Of a DNA stretch of 64,000 bases, positions 52,519-62,223 are shown piece by piece. Where the stretch lies: positions 1,792,001 through 1,856,000 of the forward strand of contig CAWDTA010000002.1 of NCBI GenBank assembly GCA_963805085.1. The letters are read 5' to 3'. This DNA is from an uncultured Veillonellaceae bacterium (GTDB lineage Bacteria > Bacillota > Negativicutes > JARBTT01). The notes beneath the pieces are model-generated. The model worked only from the letters and a program-made list of their open reading frames with translations. It was not told the DNA's origin and searched no databases. The first letter of the stretch is position 1, and each line of letters opens with the position of its first letter. The position numbers were made by a program, and so were the translations under genes.

Positions 52519-53685
52519 ATGGATGCAATAGTAGTTGGAAGTGGTTTAACAGGCAGTGTGATTGCACGAAAACTCGCAGAAGATTTAAATATGAAAGTTT
52601 TGGTCTTAGAGAAAAGAAATCATATCGGTGGAAATGTATATGATGAAAAAGACGAAGATGGAATACTAGTGCAGCGTTATGGTCCACACCTTTTTCATAC
52701 AAATCTAGATGAGGTTTATGAATTTTTATCGAGATTTACAAAATTTGAACCATATTGTTTAGAGGCAGCGGCTTGTATTGATGGAAAAAATTTGCCAATG
52801 CCATTTAATTTTACTAGTATTGATTTTTTTTATGATGAAGGTGCTGCTATAAAACTTAAAAATAAATTGTGCAGTGCATATTCGAAGAGAGAAATTGTTA
52901 ATATTCTTGAGCTGCTAAAGCATGAGGATAACGATATTAAGGGATATGGGCAAGTGCTTTTTGAAAAAGATTATAGATTATATTCGTCAAAACAATGGGG
53001 AGTTGATCCTAAAGATATTGATTCTAGTATCTTAAAGCGTGTGCCGATCTTTTTGTCTTACCGAACCACAAGGTTTGACGATAAATATCAGTGCTTGCCT
53101 TGTAATGGTTTTACAGATTTAGTCGACAAGATCTTGTTTCATCCGAATATACAAATCAAGAAGAATGTAGATGCGTTTGAAAAATTAAAAATCAATTTAC
53201 TGAGTAACGAAATATATTACGAAAACGTGAAATATTCTGGTTTGGTAATTTATACCGGTCCGATTGATGAATTGCAAAATTTTAAATACGGAGAATTGCA
53301 ATATCGTTCTATTGAAATTAAATATGAGAAATATAACTATTTAAACTATTTAGAATATCCCGCAATTGCATATCCACAGGCAGACGGATTTGTTCGCAAA
53401 ACAGAATATACAAAATTGCCATATCAAAATATTAGCGATAAAACCGTAATAGGAATAGAATATCCTGTACCATATGATAGAAATAATACAGATTCTATTG
53501 GAGCAGCCTATCCTATTCTGAATCAAAAAAATTGTGAGTTATATCAGAAATATTTAACTTCATGTAATGATTTTAAAAATTTAATTATATGTGGAAGATT
53601 AGGTGATTTTAAATATTATGATATGGATCAAGCTGTAAAAAGAGCTTTAGATGTAAGTTTGAAAATCAAAAAGAGAATATTGTAA
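52519..53685 (+). CDS. glf: UDP-galactopyranose mutase family flavoprotein
   Basis: VGSGLTG, HIGGN, YGPHLFHT, YTGPID, GRLGDFKYYDMD. Confidence 0.88.
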   Translation: MDAIVVGSGLTGSVIARKLAEDLNMKVLVLEKRNHIGGNVYDEKDEDGILVQRYGPHLFHTNLDEVYEFLSRFTKFEPYCLEAAACIDGKNLPMPFNFTSIDFFYDEGAAIKLKNKLCSAYSKREIVNILELLKHEDNDIKGYGQVLFEKDYRLYSSKQWGVDPKDIDSSILKRVPIFLSYRTTRFDDKYQCLPCNGFTDLVDKILFHPNIQIKKNVDAFEKLKINLLSNEIYYENVKYSGLVIYTGPIDELQNFKYGELQYRSIEIKYEKYNYLNYLEYPAIAYPQADGFVRKTEYTKLPYQNISDKTVIGIEYPVPYDRNNTDSIGAAYPILNQKNCELYQKYLTSCNDFKNLIICGRLGDFKYYDMDQAVKRALDVSLKIKKRIL

Positions 53686-53769
53686 AAACCAAATATTGGG
53701 ATAAAAATTTTTGTTATTGAGTAGACTTATGTCAGTTTAGTAAAAATCAAAAATTTGCTAGTAGTGTAA

Positions 53770-53821
53770 AAAGAGTATAAGCATATCAAACACAAAGATC
53801 TTTGATATGCTTATACTCTTT
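53770..53821. terminator. Bidirectional terminator between convergent glf and rfbF
   Basis: 21-bp perfect IR AAAGAGTATAAGCATATCAAA/TTTGATATGCTTATACTCTTT. Confidence 0.75.
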
Positions 53822-53829
53822 GTTTTAGG

Positions 53830-54606
53830 TTACCATTTTTTCCAAGGGGCTTTTTTCTTTTCCCATAAGTCCTCTAATAACCATTTATCACGCTGGGTAT
53901 CCATACACTGCCAAAAACCGTGATGTTTAAAAGCTTGTAGTTTCCCTATCTGAGCTACTAATTCAAGTGGATATTTTTCAAAAACAGTATCATCCCCCTC
54001 AATATAATCAAATATTGAAGGTTCTAGAACCATAAAACCACCGTTAATCCAGCCGCCATCTTCTTTGGCTTTTTCCACAAATTTATTGATCGTACTACCG
54101 TGATGATCGATATCAAGGACACCAAAACGACCACCTGGTTGAATTGCTGTCATCGTTGCGATTGGTTTATGCTGTTGATGGAATTTTACCAATTCACCAA
54201 TATTTACATCACTGACACCATCACCGTAGGTTAGCATAAATGGCTCATTGCCGATGTAGTCTCGTACACGTTTGACACGGCCACCTGTAGCACTATTTAA
54301 ACCTGTATCAACAAGGGTTACTTTCCATGGTTCGGTGACATTATTATGTACAATCATCTGATTGCTATTGGCAAAGTCAAAAGTGATATCAGAAGTATGT
54401 AAAAAGTAATCAGCAAAATATTCTTTGATGACATAACCTTTATAACCAAGGCAAATAATGAATTCATTAAACCCATAATGTGTGTATGTTTTCATGATAT
54501 GCCAAAGAATCGGGTTGCCGCCAATTTCAATCATTGGCTTTGGTTTTAAATGCGATTCTTCACTGATTCTTGTGCCAAGTCCGCCTGCTAAAATAACAAC
54601 TTTCAT
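53830..54606 (-). CDS. rfbF: Glucose-1-phosphate cytidylyltransferase
   Basis: LAGGLGTRISEESHLKPKPM, TYGDG, INGGF, FWQCMDT, APWKKW. Confidence 0.97.
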   Translation of the reverse strand: MKVVILAGGLGTRISEESHLKPKPMIEIGGNPILWHIMKTYTHYGFNEFIICLGYKGYVIKEYFADYFLHTSDITFDFANSNQMIVHNNVTEPWKVTLVDTGLNSATGGRVKRVRDYIGNEPFMLTYGDGVSDVNIGELVKFHQQHKPIATMTAIQPGGRFGVLDIDHHGSTINKFVEKAKEDGGWINGGFMVLEPSIFDYIEGDDTVFEKYPLELVAQIGKLQAFKHHGFWQCMDTQRDKWLLEDLWEKKKAPWKKW

Positions 54607-54715
54607 ATCATAAACCCCTTTGATAAAAAATTTAAATATTGGATTATTCTCTTATTCGACAAAAATATTAGTTATTCCTGTATAAGTGATAATATGATAC
54701 TCTATAGATAAGAAT

Positions 54716-55761
54716 GTGGTGAAGCAATTATTTTGGCAAGGGGAAAAAGTATTTTTGACTGGACATACTGGTTTTAAAGGCTCGTGGCTTAGTTTATGGC
54801 TTAGTAGGTTAGGGACAATTGTAACAGGATATTCTTTAGAAGCACCAACCAAACCAAGTTTATTTGAAATCGCAAGAGTAGATACCTTGATTGATTCTGT
54901 TATTGGTGATATTTGTGATTATCAATATTTAAGCGAAGTAATGAAAAAGCGAATCCTGATATTGTGATTCATATGGCAGCACAGGCTTTGGTTCGGGATT
55001 CTTATCATACTCCATTACAGATCTATCAGATAAATGTAATGGGAACGGCAAATGTATTAGAGAGTGCAAGGCAATGTAAAAATATTAAAGCTGTCGTTGT
55101 GGTTACTACGGATAAATGTTATGAGAATAAGGAATGGTACTGGGGGTATCGTGAAAATGACGCTCTGGGTGGTTATGATCCGTATTCAAGCAGTAAAGCT
55201 TGTGCTGAAATTGTGACTGCAGCCTATCGTCAGTCCTTTTTAAAAGAAGCTGGAATTTCCGTCGCTACGGTTAGGGTGGGAAATGTTATTGGTGGCGGCG
55301 ATTGGGCAAAGGATCGTTTGATTCCAGATTGTTTACGGGCGATTGAAAAGAATGAGAAAATCATGATTCGTAGTCCACAGGCGATTCGTCCATGGCAGCA
55401 TGTATTAGAACCATTGTGTGGTTATATGATGTTAGCGGAAAAAATGTATGAAGAGGGGAGTCAATGGGCAGAGAGCTGGAATTTTGGACCGCGTGATCAT
55501 TCAGTGCTTTGTGTAGGTGATTTGGTCAAAAAGCTATGCAAAAGTTTAAATGCTGACTATGAGATTCAACGAAATGATGCTTTGCATGAGGCTAATTATT
55601 TAAAACTTGATTGTTCAAAAGCCAATATGAATTTAAATTGGCAACCGAAGTTAAACATAGTTGAAAGTTTGCAATATATTATTGATTGGTTTGAAGCATA
55701 TCGTAAAGGTGAAGATATGCAGAAGGTTTCTTTAAAACAGATTGAAAAATATTGTATTTGA
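54716..55761 (+). pseudogene. rfbG: CDP-glucose 4,6-dehydratase, frameshifted (or sequencing error)
   Basis: ORFs 54716-54967 and 54964-55761 join to ...MKKANPDIVIHMAAQ... if one A is added to the A5 run at 54944-54948. Confidence 0.85.
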
Positions 55762-55786
55762 AAATTATTATATATGGAGAATTAAA

Positions 55787-57583
55787 ATGGATAGTAATGA
55801 AGTTCAGGAACAGATTAATATGTGTTTGAAAATAGTAGAAAATGATAAACGACAGAAGTCTGTTTTAAAGCAGTTAGGAAATTCGTATACACAGCAAGGT
55901 CAGTATTATAAAGTATTAGAATGTGTTGGACAGTTATTAGAAATTGATGCACAAGATTATGAAGCTTTCTATATGGGCGCAGCCGCTTATTTAAAACTTG
56001 ATGATATTGACAATGCTTTAATTTTGGCCCAAAAGGCTATTTCATTAAAACAGGATTATATTGGAGCTTATATGGTGATGGCATTTTGCTATAATAATAA
56101 ACTTTTAATTGAAGAAAATATCATAGTGTTAGAAAAAATTATTGAGTTGGCCCAGTCCTTGCCAAAGCAGAATCAATATGATTTTCTAGGTCAGGCATGG
56201 GGATTATTATCAGGGGTAAATGTTTTATTGGGCGATAATGAACAAGCAAAAGCAGGCTATTTAAAACTTAGCGAAGTTGCCGATAATGAAATGGATAGGG
56301 CTGCTGCATATAGTTCATACTTGATGTGTTTGCACTACGACGACAAAGTTAGTGAAAAAGATATGCTTTTGGAGCATAAAAAATACAATGGATTTTTTAA
56401 ACAGGTTAAGGAGTACAAGCATTTAGAAGTAGAAACAAAGAAACAACTAAGAATAGGTTATATTTCACCTGATTTTCGTCAGCATGCAGTGGTATTTTTT
56501 TGTTATGCCTTATTGACGCAATATGATTCGGAGCAATTTACTATTTTTTGTTATTCAAAAGGAAAGCCTGATGAAACGACATTGCAATTGCAAAGTTTGG
56601 TTCCAAATTGGCGGGATATTCGAGGATTAAGTGATGGTGATGCTGCACAACAGATTTATGAAGATAAAATAGACATTTTAGTCGATTTATCAGGTCACAC
56701 TGCGAATAATTGTTTGCCAATTTTAGCGTATAAACCTGCTCCTATTCAAGCCTGTGGAATCGGTTATTTTAATACAACTGGTCTTTCTACGATAGATTAT
56801 TTTATTACGGATAGGTATGTAGATCCAGTCGGGAAAAATGATGGAGCTTTTTCAGAAAAATTGGTGCGCTTGCCACATAGTCATTTTTGCTATATCGCGA
56901 GGTCAGATGCTCCGGCTTGCCAGCCTGCACCATCTACACGTAATAAAACGATTGTTTTTTGTAGTTTCAATAATTTTGCAAAGGTAACGGATGAAATGCT
57001 AACTATATGGCTTGAAATTTTAAATCAAGTGCCAAATTCAAAGTTAGTATTGAAAAGTAAATTGATGGGGAGCGAGTATGGTTGTCAGCAAGTTAGCCAA
57101 CGCTTATTAAACATAGGATTTTCTTTAAAACAAATAGAATTAAGAAAATCTAGTGGTAATCACATGAAAGAATATTTGGATATGGATATTGCATTAGATA
57201 CGTTTCCGTATCCAGGCGGAGCCACGACTTGTGAAGCAATGTATATGGGGGTCCCCGTAATAAGTTTAGTCGGCGATCGGCATGGTTCACGGTTTGGCTA
57301 TAGTATATTAAAAAATATTGGGTTTGAAGACGGTATTGCGGATAGTAAAGCTGAGTATATAGAAAAAGCAGTAAATTTAGCAAATGACAAAATGAAATTA
57401 AATCATTTACACCAAACATTACGTGACAAGATGATGAATTCATCACTTATGGATGGTCAGCAATATGTAGCTGATGTAGAACGGGCTTATAAAGATATGT
57501 GGAACAGGCTGGTGGAGAAAAATAAGTTAAAAAAGGTAATGAAAGAAATGCTTCCATTACTACATACGATGGTAAAGCGTTAA
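55787..57583 (+). CDS. SPINDLY-like TPR-GT41 protein O-glycosyltransferase
   Basis: TPRs, then GYISPDFRQH, VDLSGHTANN, GIGYFNTTG, SFNNFAK, LDTFPYPGGATTCEAMYMGVP. Confidence 0.9.
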   Translation: MDSNEVQEQINMCLKIVENDKRQKSVLKQLGNSYTQQGQYYKVLECVGQLLEIDAQDYEAFYMGAAAYLKLDDIDNALILAQKAISLKQDYIGAYMVMAFCYNNKLLIEENIIVLEKIIELAQSLPKQNQYDFLGQAWGLLSGVNVLLGDNEQAKAGYLKLSEVADNEMDRAAAYSSYLMCLHYDDKVSEKDMLLEHKKYNGFFKQVKEYKHLEVETKKQLRIGYISPDFRQHAVVFFCYALLTQYDSEQFTIFCYSKGKPDETTLQLQSLVPNWRDIRGLSDGDAAQQIYEDKIDILVDLSGHTANNCLPILAYKPAPIQACGIGYFNTTGLSTIDYFITDRYVDPVGKNDGAFSEKLVRLPHSHFCYIARSDAPACQPAPSTRNKTIVFCSFNNFAKVTDEMLTIWLEILNQVPNSKLVLKSKLMGSEYGCQQVSQRLLNIGFSLKQIELRKSSGNHMKEYLDMDIALDTFPYPGGATTCEAMYMGVPVISLVGDRHGSRFGYSILKNIGFEDGIADSKAEYIEKAVNLANDKMKLNHLHQTLRDKMMNSSLMDGQQYVADVERAYKDMWNRLVEKNKLKKVMKEMLPLLHTMVKR

Positions 57584-57595
57584 AAAAATATAGCT

Positions 57596-57645
57596 AAAAA
57601 AACAGTGCTTTTGTCTAAATGCAGGCAGGAGAACTGTTTTTTTTG
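57596..57645 (+). terminator. Intrinsic terminator
   Basis: AAAAAAACAGT...ACTGTTTTTTTT imperfect stem. Confidence 0.6.
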
Positions 57646-57682
57646 TTAAAGAGTAAATAATAAGATAAAACATGACATTATC

Positions 57683-57710
57683 TTAAGAATTTTTTGATTT
57701 TTTACGATAC
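57683..57710 (+). promoter_or_regulatory. Putative sigma-28 promoter of the GT41 operon
   Basis: CTTAAG...TTTTTACGATAC, closely resembling the fliC promoter CTTAAG...TTTTTACGATAT. Confidence 0.65.
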
Positions 57711-57765
57711 TATAGATAGTGGTTTTTATAATTAGATGGAATTTGTTTTAAAAACAATATAAGGA

Positions 57766-60700
57766 TTGGTAGTTAGAATGACTCATGATATAAAAAAGGA
57801 AATCGCACAGATTAAGAAACAGTTTAAAGTTCAGTATGATAATAGAGAATATCAAGCAGTGATTGATGGCGCAAAACAAGTAATCGCAATCGATGCCATT
57901 GATTATGATACAATGTGTACAGCAGCGATGGCTTGTATGGAAATTTGTAAGTATGAGGAAGCTTTAGAATTTGCCATAAAAATGTTAGAGATAAAAAAAG
58001 AATATTTTTATGGTCACCTAGTCTTAGCAAAAATCTATTATTTGCGTTTAGAATATGATAAAGCACTTGCTGTGTTGCAAAATTTATTTTTGCAATATGA
58101 AAAACAAATGCCTAGCATGATAAAACAACTTGCTTATAGTTTGTTAGGCAATATTTATAATGTGATGGGTGAGCCGACAAAAGGCTGTCAGAATTTTTTG
58201 CAAGCAAGTAAAGTAGCGGAAGACGTTAATACGAAAATAGTGGAATATAGTAAATATTTACTGTCAACCAATTATAGTGATGATAGTAAAGATGCTGATA
58301 TTTTTGCTGAACACGCAAAATATAATGACTTATTTAAGAAGGTAAAACAATTTAATCACAGAGCAAGAGGTGATAAAGAAAAAATTAATATTGGTTATAT
58401 TTCACCTGATTTTAGATATCATGTGGTGGTGTTTTTTTGCTATGAATTATTATCTAGATACAATAAAAAAAGATATAATATTACTTGCTATTCGAAAGGG
58501 CTAGAGGACGGAGTTACGGCTCAGTTAAAAAGTCTGGTTTCAGATTGGCGTGATATTAGCAAAATGAATCCTGATGAAGCGGCAAAGATCATTTATCAAG
58601 ATGGTGTGGATATCTTAGTTGATTTATCTGGTCATACGGATAATAATTGTTTGCAAATTCTCGCCAGAAAACCAGCACCGATTCAAGTCAGTGGGATTGG
58701 CTATTTTAACACGACTGGATTAAAAGCAGTTGATTATTTTCTTGCGGACAAATATTGTGATCCAGTAGGGCAAAATGATGATTTATTTGTCGAAAAACTT
58801 GTTCGATTGCCGCATAGTCATCTTTGTTATACAGCACGCGCTGATGTTGGTGAGTGCGTAGCAGCACCAGTAAATAAAAATGGGTTTATTACATTTGGTA
58901 GCTTTAATAATTTTACCAAGGTAACAGATGCTACATTGCTTTTGTGGAAAAGTATAGTAGATAGCGTGGAAAATTCCAAGCTAGTCTTAAAAAGTAAAGT
59001 TTTTGGTAGTGCATATGCTTGCCAAGAAATCAAAAAAAGATTTGTTAAACTGGGCTTTGACGAAGATCGTGTGGAATTTAGACCTGCAAGTATGGATTAT
59101 TTAGCGCAATATCAAGATTTAGATATTGCGTTGGATACTTTTCCGTATCCAGGCGGGGGAACCACTTGTGAGGCTCTCTATATGGGGGTGCCGGTTATAA
59201 CCTTACTAGGCACAAGGCATGGCTCAAGATTTGGTTATAGTGTTTTAAAGAATATTGGTTTGGATGAGTGTATTGCCTTAAGTGAAACTGAGTATGTAGA
59301 AAAAGCGATAGCACTTGCAAATGATCGAGAGAAATTGAATGAATTGCATCAAACGTTACGGCAAAAGCTTGCTGATTCTGCTGTGATGAATGGTTCACAG
59401 TATGTTTTAGAGGTTGAAAGTTGTTATGAAGAAATGTGGGAAGATTTGATGTATGTAAATCATAAAGTTAGCCGCAGTACAGTTTTAGATGCAAAAAAAA
59501 TAGCAAAAATCAATCAATTAAAAATTAAATTGCTTCATGCCTGGGAAAATTCAGATAATGAACAAGTGCTCAAATTGGGCAAAGAGGTACTAAAAATTAA
59601 TCCTAACGATCATGAAATTTTATATGTTTTAGCGGAAATATATTATAATGAAAATGATTTTGACAGAGCGCAAAAATTTGCTGAAAGGACTATTGCGGTA
59701 AAAGACGATTATGTAAAAGCGTATTATATATTGGGTATGATTTATGCATCACAAAAAGATAGCAAACGATATCCTAGAAAAGTAATTGCGACTTTTGATA
59801 AGATGTTTCATTTGAACATGGCTTCTTTAGAACCAGAATATCAAAGTCGAGCATATGCTGTTTTGAGCGGGATTTATTGGGAAATAGAAGACATTGATAA
59901 ATGCATAGAGTACCAAAAAAAATCTCTTGCCATAGAGCCGAATATTAACAGAAAAAGTAGTTATTATAGTGACTATTTATTCGAATTAAACCATAGTTTG
60001 AGCATTACCAAAGAAGAAATATTTCAAGAGCATATAAAATATAATGAACTTTTTAATGATATTATGCCTCATGAACACAACGATATAAAGAAAAAGGAAA
60101 AGTTGAGAATAGGTTACATATCTCCTGATTTTTGTATTCATCCAGTTACCTATTTTTCGTTGCAATTGTTGTTAGAATATAATAAAGAAAAATTTGAAGT
60201 ATATTGTTACTCTAATACAAAAAAAACGGATGATGTTACAGAACGTTTAAAAACGTTGGTAACAAAATGGCAGGATATTAGCAGAATAACCTGTGAAGAG
60301 GCAGCGAAACTTATTTATGCAGATAAAATTGATATTTTAGTCGATTTATCTGGACATACTGCATATTCTGTATTACCAGTACTTGCTTATAAATCAGCAC
60401 CGATTCAGCTCAGTGGGATAGGCTATGTGAATACTACGGGACTAAAAACAGTGGATTATTTTATTACGGATAACTATTGCGACCCAGAAGGATTGAATGA
60501 TCGCTATTTTACGGAAAAATTGCTGCGTTTGCCAAATACTCATTTTTGCTATACTGGTAAGTCTGAAGCTCCTTTATGTAAAAAGGCACCTTCGGATGAA
60601 AATGGTTTTGTTACGTTTGGTAGTTTCAATAAATTTAAAAAAATTACAGACAAAACCTTATCCTTATGGGCAAGTATATTAAATCGTGTACCTAATTCTA

Positions 60701-62193
60701 GATTAATTATCAAAGCGGCAGCTTTTGCGAATGAATATGGAGCACAGTTAGCCAAAAAGAAATTACTGGACGCTGGGTTTAAAGAAGAGCAACTGGAGCT
60801 TCGTTCTAATAGTTTCGACTATATGGAACAATATAATGATATTGATATTGCGTTAGATACCTATCCTTGTGCGGGGGGCACCACTACTTTTGAAGCACTT
60901 TATATGGGGGTTCCCGTAGTAACTTTAGCAGGAGTGCGACATGTTTCACGCTTTGGTTATAGTATATTGAAAAATTTAGATTTCGAAGAAGGTATTGCCT
61001 ATAATGAGGCTGAATATGTAGAAAAAGCAGTACAGCTCGCGAATGATAAAGCTAAAATTAATGAACTGCATAGAACTTTAAGAACAAGAATGTTAAATTC
61101 GCCATTAATGAATGGGAGACAGTATGTAAGTGATATAGAAGATGCATATAAAAAAATATGGGATGAGGCAGTCGATATGAAAGTTAAGAAGAACAATAAG
61201 AACAAGTTTAATAAAACAAGCGTAGTAAGTAAAAATAATGTAATAAATAGAACGAATACCAAAGAGATTGATATGAATAAAATAAATGAACTAAAACAAC
61301 GAGTTTTACAATATAAATTGCAAGGAAACTATGACGATGCTAGAATTGTCATCAGTGAAATATTTGAGATGGAATATTTCAGCACAGATGTTATGTACGA
61401 GTTGGCAGATATTTATTACATAACTGATGATATAGAAAGAGCTGAAGTATGGAGTAAAAAAGTAATTTCCTTTGATAAAAATCATGCGGAAGGTTATTTA
61501 TTATTAGCAAAAGTATATAGAAAACAAAATGCTTTGGTTGAATTATTGCCAATTCTAAATAAACTTTTAGAAAAAGAGTTTGACAGTATCAAATCTAAGG
61601 TTGAGGAATTAATAAATACGATAGATTTAATGGATTATGAAATAGACATTGCGAAATATTATAGAAACCTTTCTCAATATATTGCTAAGACCAAAGAACA
61701 AACGATAGTAGATGAGTCTGTAAGCGAAGTTCAACCATCAGACAAGAAACAACAAGTGACGAAAACTGATTTAAGTAATTTGAAAAATTTATTGCAAGGT
61801 TTGGGTTTAGACAAAAAACAAGAGAATACATTAGCTAATATGATAGAGGATGCCTTTAAAAATGGTTTAACAGCGCAAGTGGCAGAAAGACTCAAAGTAG
61901 AAGAGATAGACCAAGTAGTTAATGAAATTAGCGAGCATTCAGCAACAGATGCCCATAAAGTGGATTTATTGAATACGATAGCTGTAAAATTTTATGAATA
62001 TCAATGCCTTGATAAAGTGTTACCTGTTCTTGTAAAGGCACTTGAGATGGATGGACAGAATGACAATAGTTTGAAAAATTTGGGCGTTTTATTATTTAAT
62101 ATTGGTGAACAAGAGTTAGCACTGCAATATTTGGATAAAGTTTCACAAAAAGATATCGCTGTGATTGATTTCATAAATCGTATTAAGGGGTAA
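57766..62193 (+). CDS. Giant SPINDLY-like protein: TPR-GT41-TPR-GT41-TPR
   Basis: Two complete GT41 catalytic modules (SPDFRYH..., SPDFCIH...) plus a C-terminal TPR region; start TTG 57766 or ATG 57778. Confidence 0.9.
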   Translation: MVVRMTHDIKKEIAQIKKQFKVQYDNREYQAVIDGAKQVIAIDAIDYDTMCTAAMACMEICKYEEALEFAIKMLEIKKEYFYGHLVLAKIYYLRLEYDKALAVLQNLFLQYEKQMPSMIKQLAYSLLGNIYNVMGEPTKGCQNFLQASKVAEDVNTKIVEYSKYLLSTNYSDDSKDADIFAEHAKYNDLFKKVKQFNHRARGDKEKINIGYISPDFRYHVVVFFCYELLSRYNKKRYNITCYSKGLEDGVTAQLKSLVSDWRDISKMNPDEAAKIIYQDGVDILVDLSGHTDNNCLQILARKPAPIQVSGIGYFNTTGLKAVDYFLADKYCDPVGQNDDLFVEKLVRLPHSHLCYTARADVGECVAAPVNKNGFITFGSFNNFTKVTDATLLLWKSIVDSVENSKLVLKSKVFGSAYACQEIKKRFVKLGFDEDRVEFRPASMDYLAQYQDLDIALDTFPYPGGGTTCEALYMGVPVITLLGTRHGSRFGYSVLKNIGLDECIALSETEYVEKAIALANDREKLNELHQTLRQKLADSAVMNGSQYVLEVESCYEEMWEDLMYVNHKVSRSTVLDAKKIAKINQLKIKLLHAWENSDNEQVLKLGKEVLKINPNDHEILYVLAEIYYNENDFDRAQKFAERTIAVKDDYVKAYYILGMIYASQKDSKRYPRKVIATFDKMFHLNMASLEPEYQSRAYAVLSGIYWEIEDIDKCIEYQKKSLAIEPNINRKSSYYSDYLFELNHSLSITKEEIFQEHIKYNELFNDIMPHEHNDIKKKEKLRIGYISPDFCIHPVTYFSLQLLLEYNKEKFEVYCYSNTKKTDDVTERLKTLVTKWQDISRITCEEAAKLIYADKIDILVDLSGHTAYSVLPVLAYKSAPIQLSGIGYVNTTGLKTVDYFITDNYCDPEGLNDRYFTEKLLRLPNTHFCYTGKSEAPLCKKAPSDENGFVTFGSFNKFKKITDKTLSLWASILNRVPNSRLIIKAAAFANEYGAQLAKKKLLDAGFKEEQLELRSNSFDYMEQYNDIDIALDTYPCAGGTTTFEALYMGVPVVTLAGVRHVSRFGYSILKNLDFEEGIAYNEAEYVEKAVQLANDKAKINELHRTLRTRMLNSPLMNGRQYVSDIEDAYKKIWDEAVDMKVKKNNKNKFNKTSVVSKNNVINRTNTKEIDMNKINELKQRVLQYKLQGNYDDARIVISEIFEMEYFSTDVMYELADIYYITDDIERAEVWSKKVISFDKNHAEGYLLLAKVYRKQNALVELLPILNKLLEKEFDSIKSKVEELINTIDLMDYEIDIAKYYRNLSQYIAKTKEQTIVDESVSEVQPSDKKQQVTKTDLSNLKNLLQGLGLDKKQENTLANMIEDAFKNGLTAQVAERLKVEEIDQVVNEISEHSATDAHKVDLLNTIAVKFYEYQCLDKVLPVLVKALEMDGQNDNSLKNLGVLLFNIGEQELALQYLDKVSQKDIAVIDFINRIKG

Positions 62194-62223
62194 AATTTTT
62201 CATAAATTGAGCGGGGAAGAATC

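Noticed and set aside
54653-54685. Minus-strand GTCGAATA as a sigma-28 -10 for rfbF
   Set aside because: No convincing TAAA/TTAA at 15-16 bp spacing
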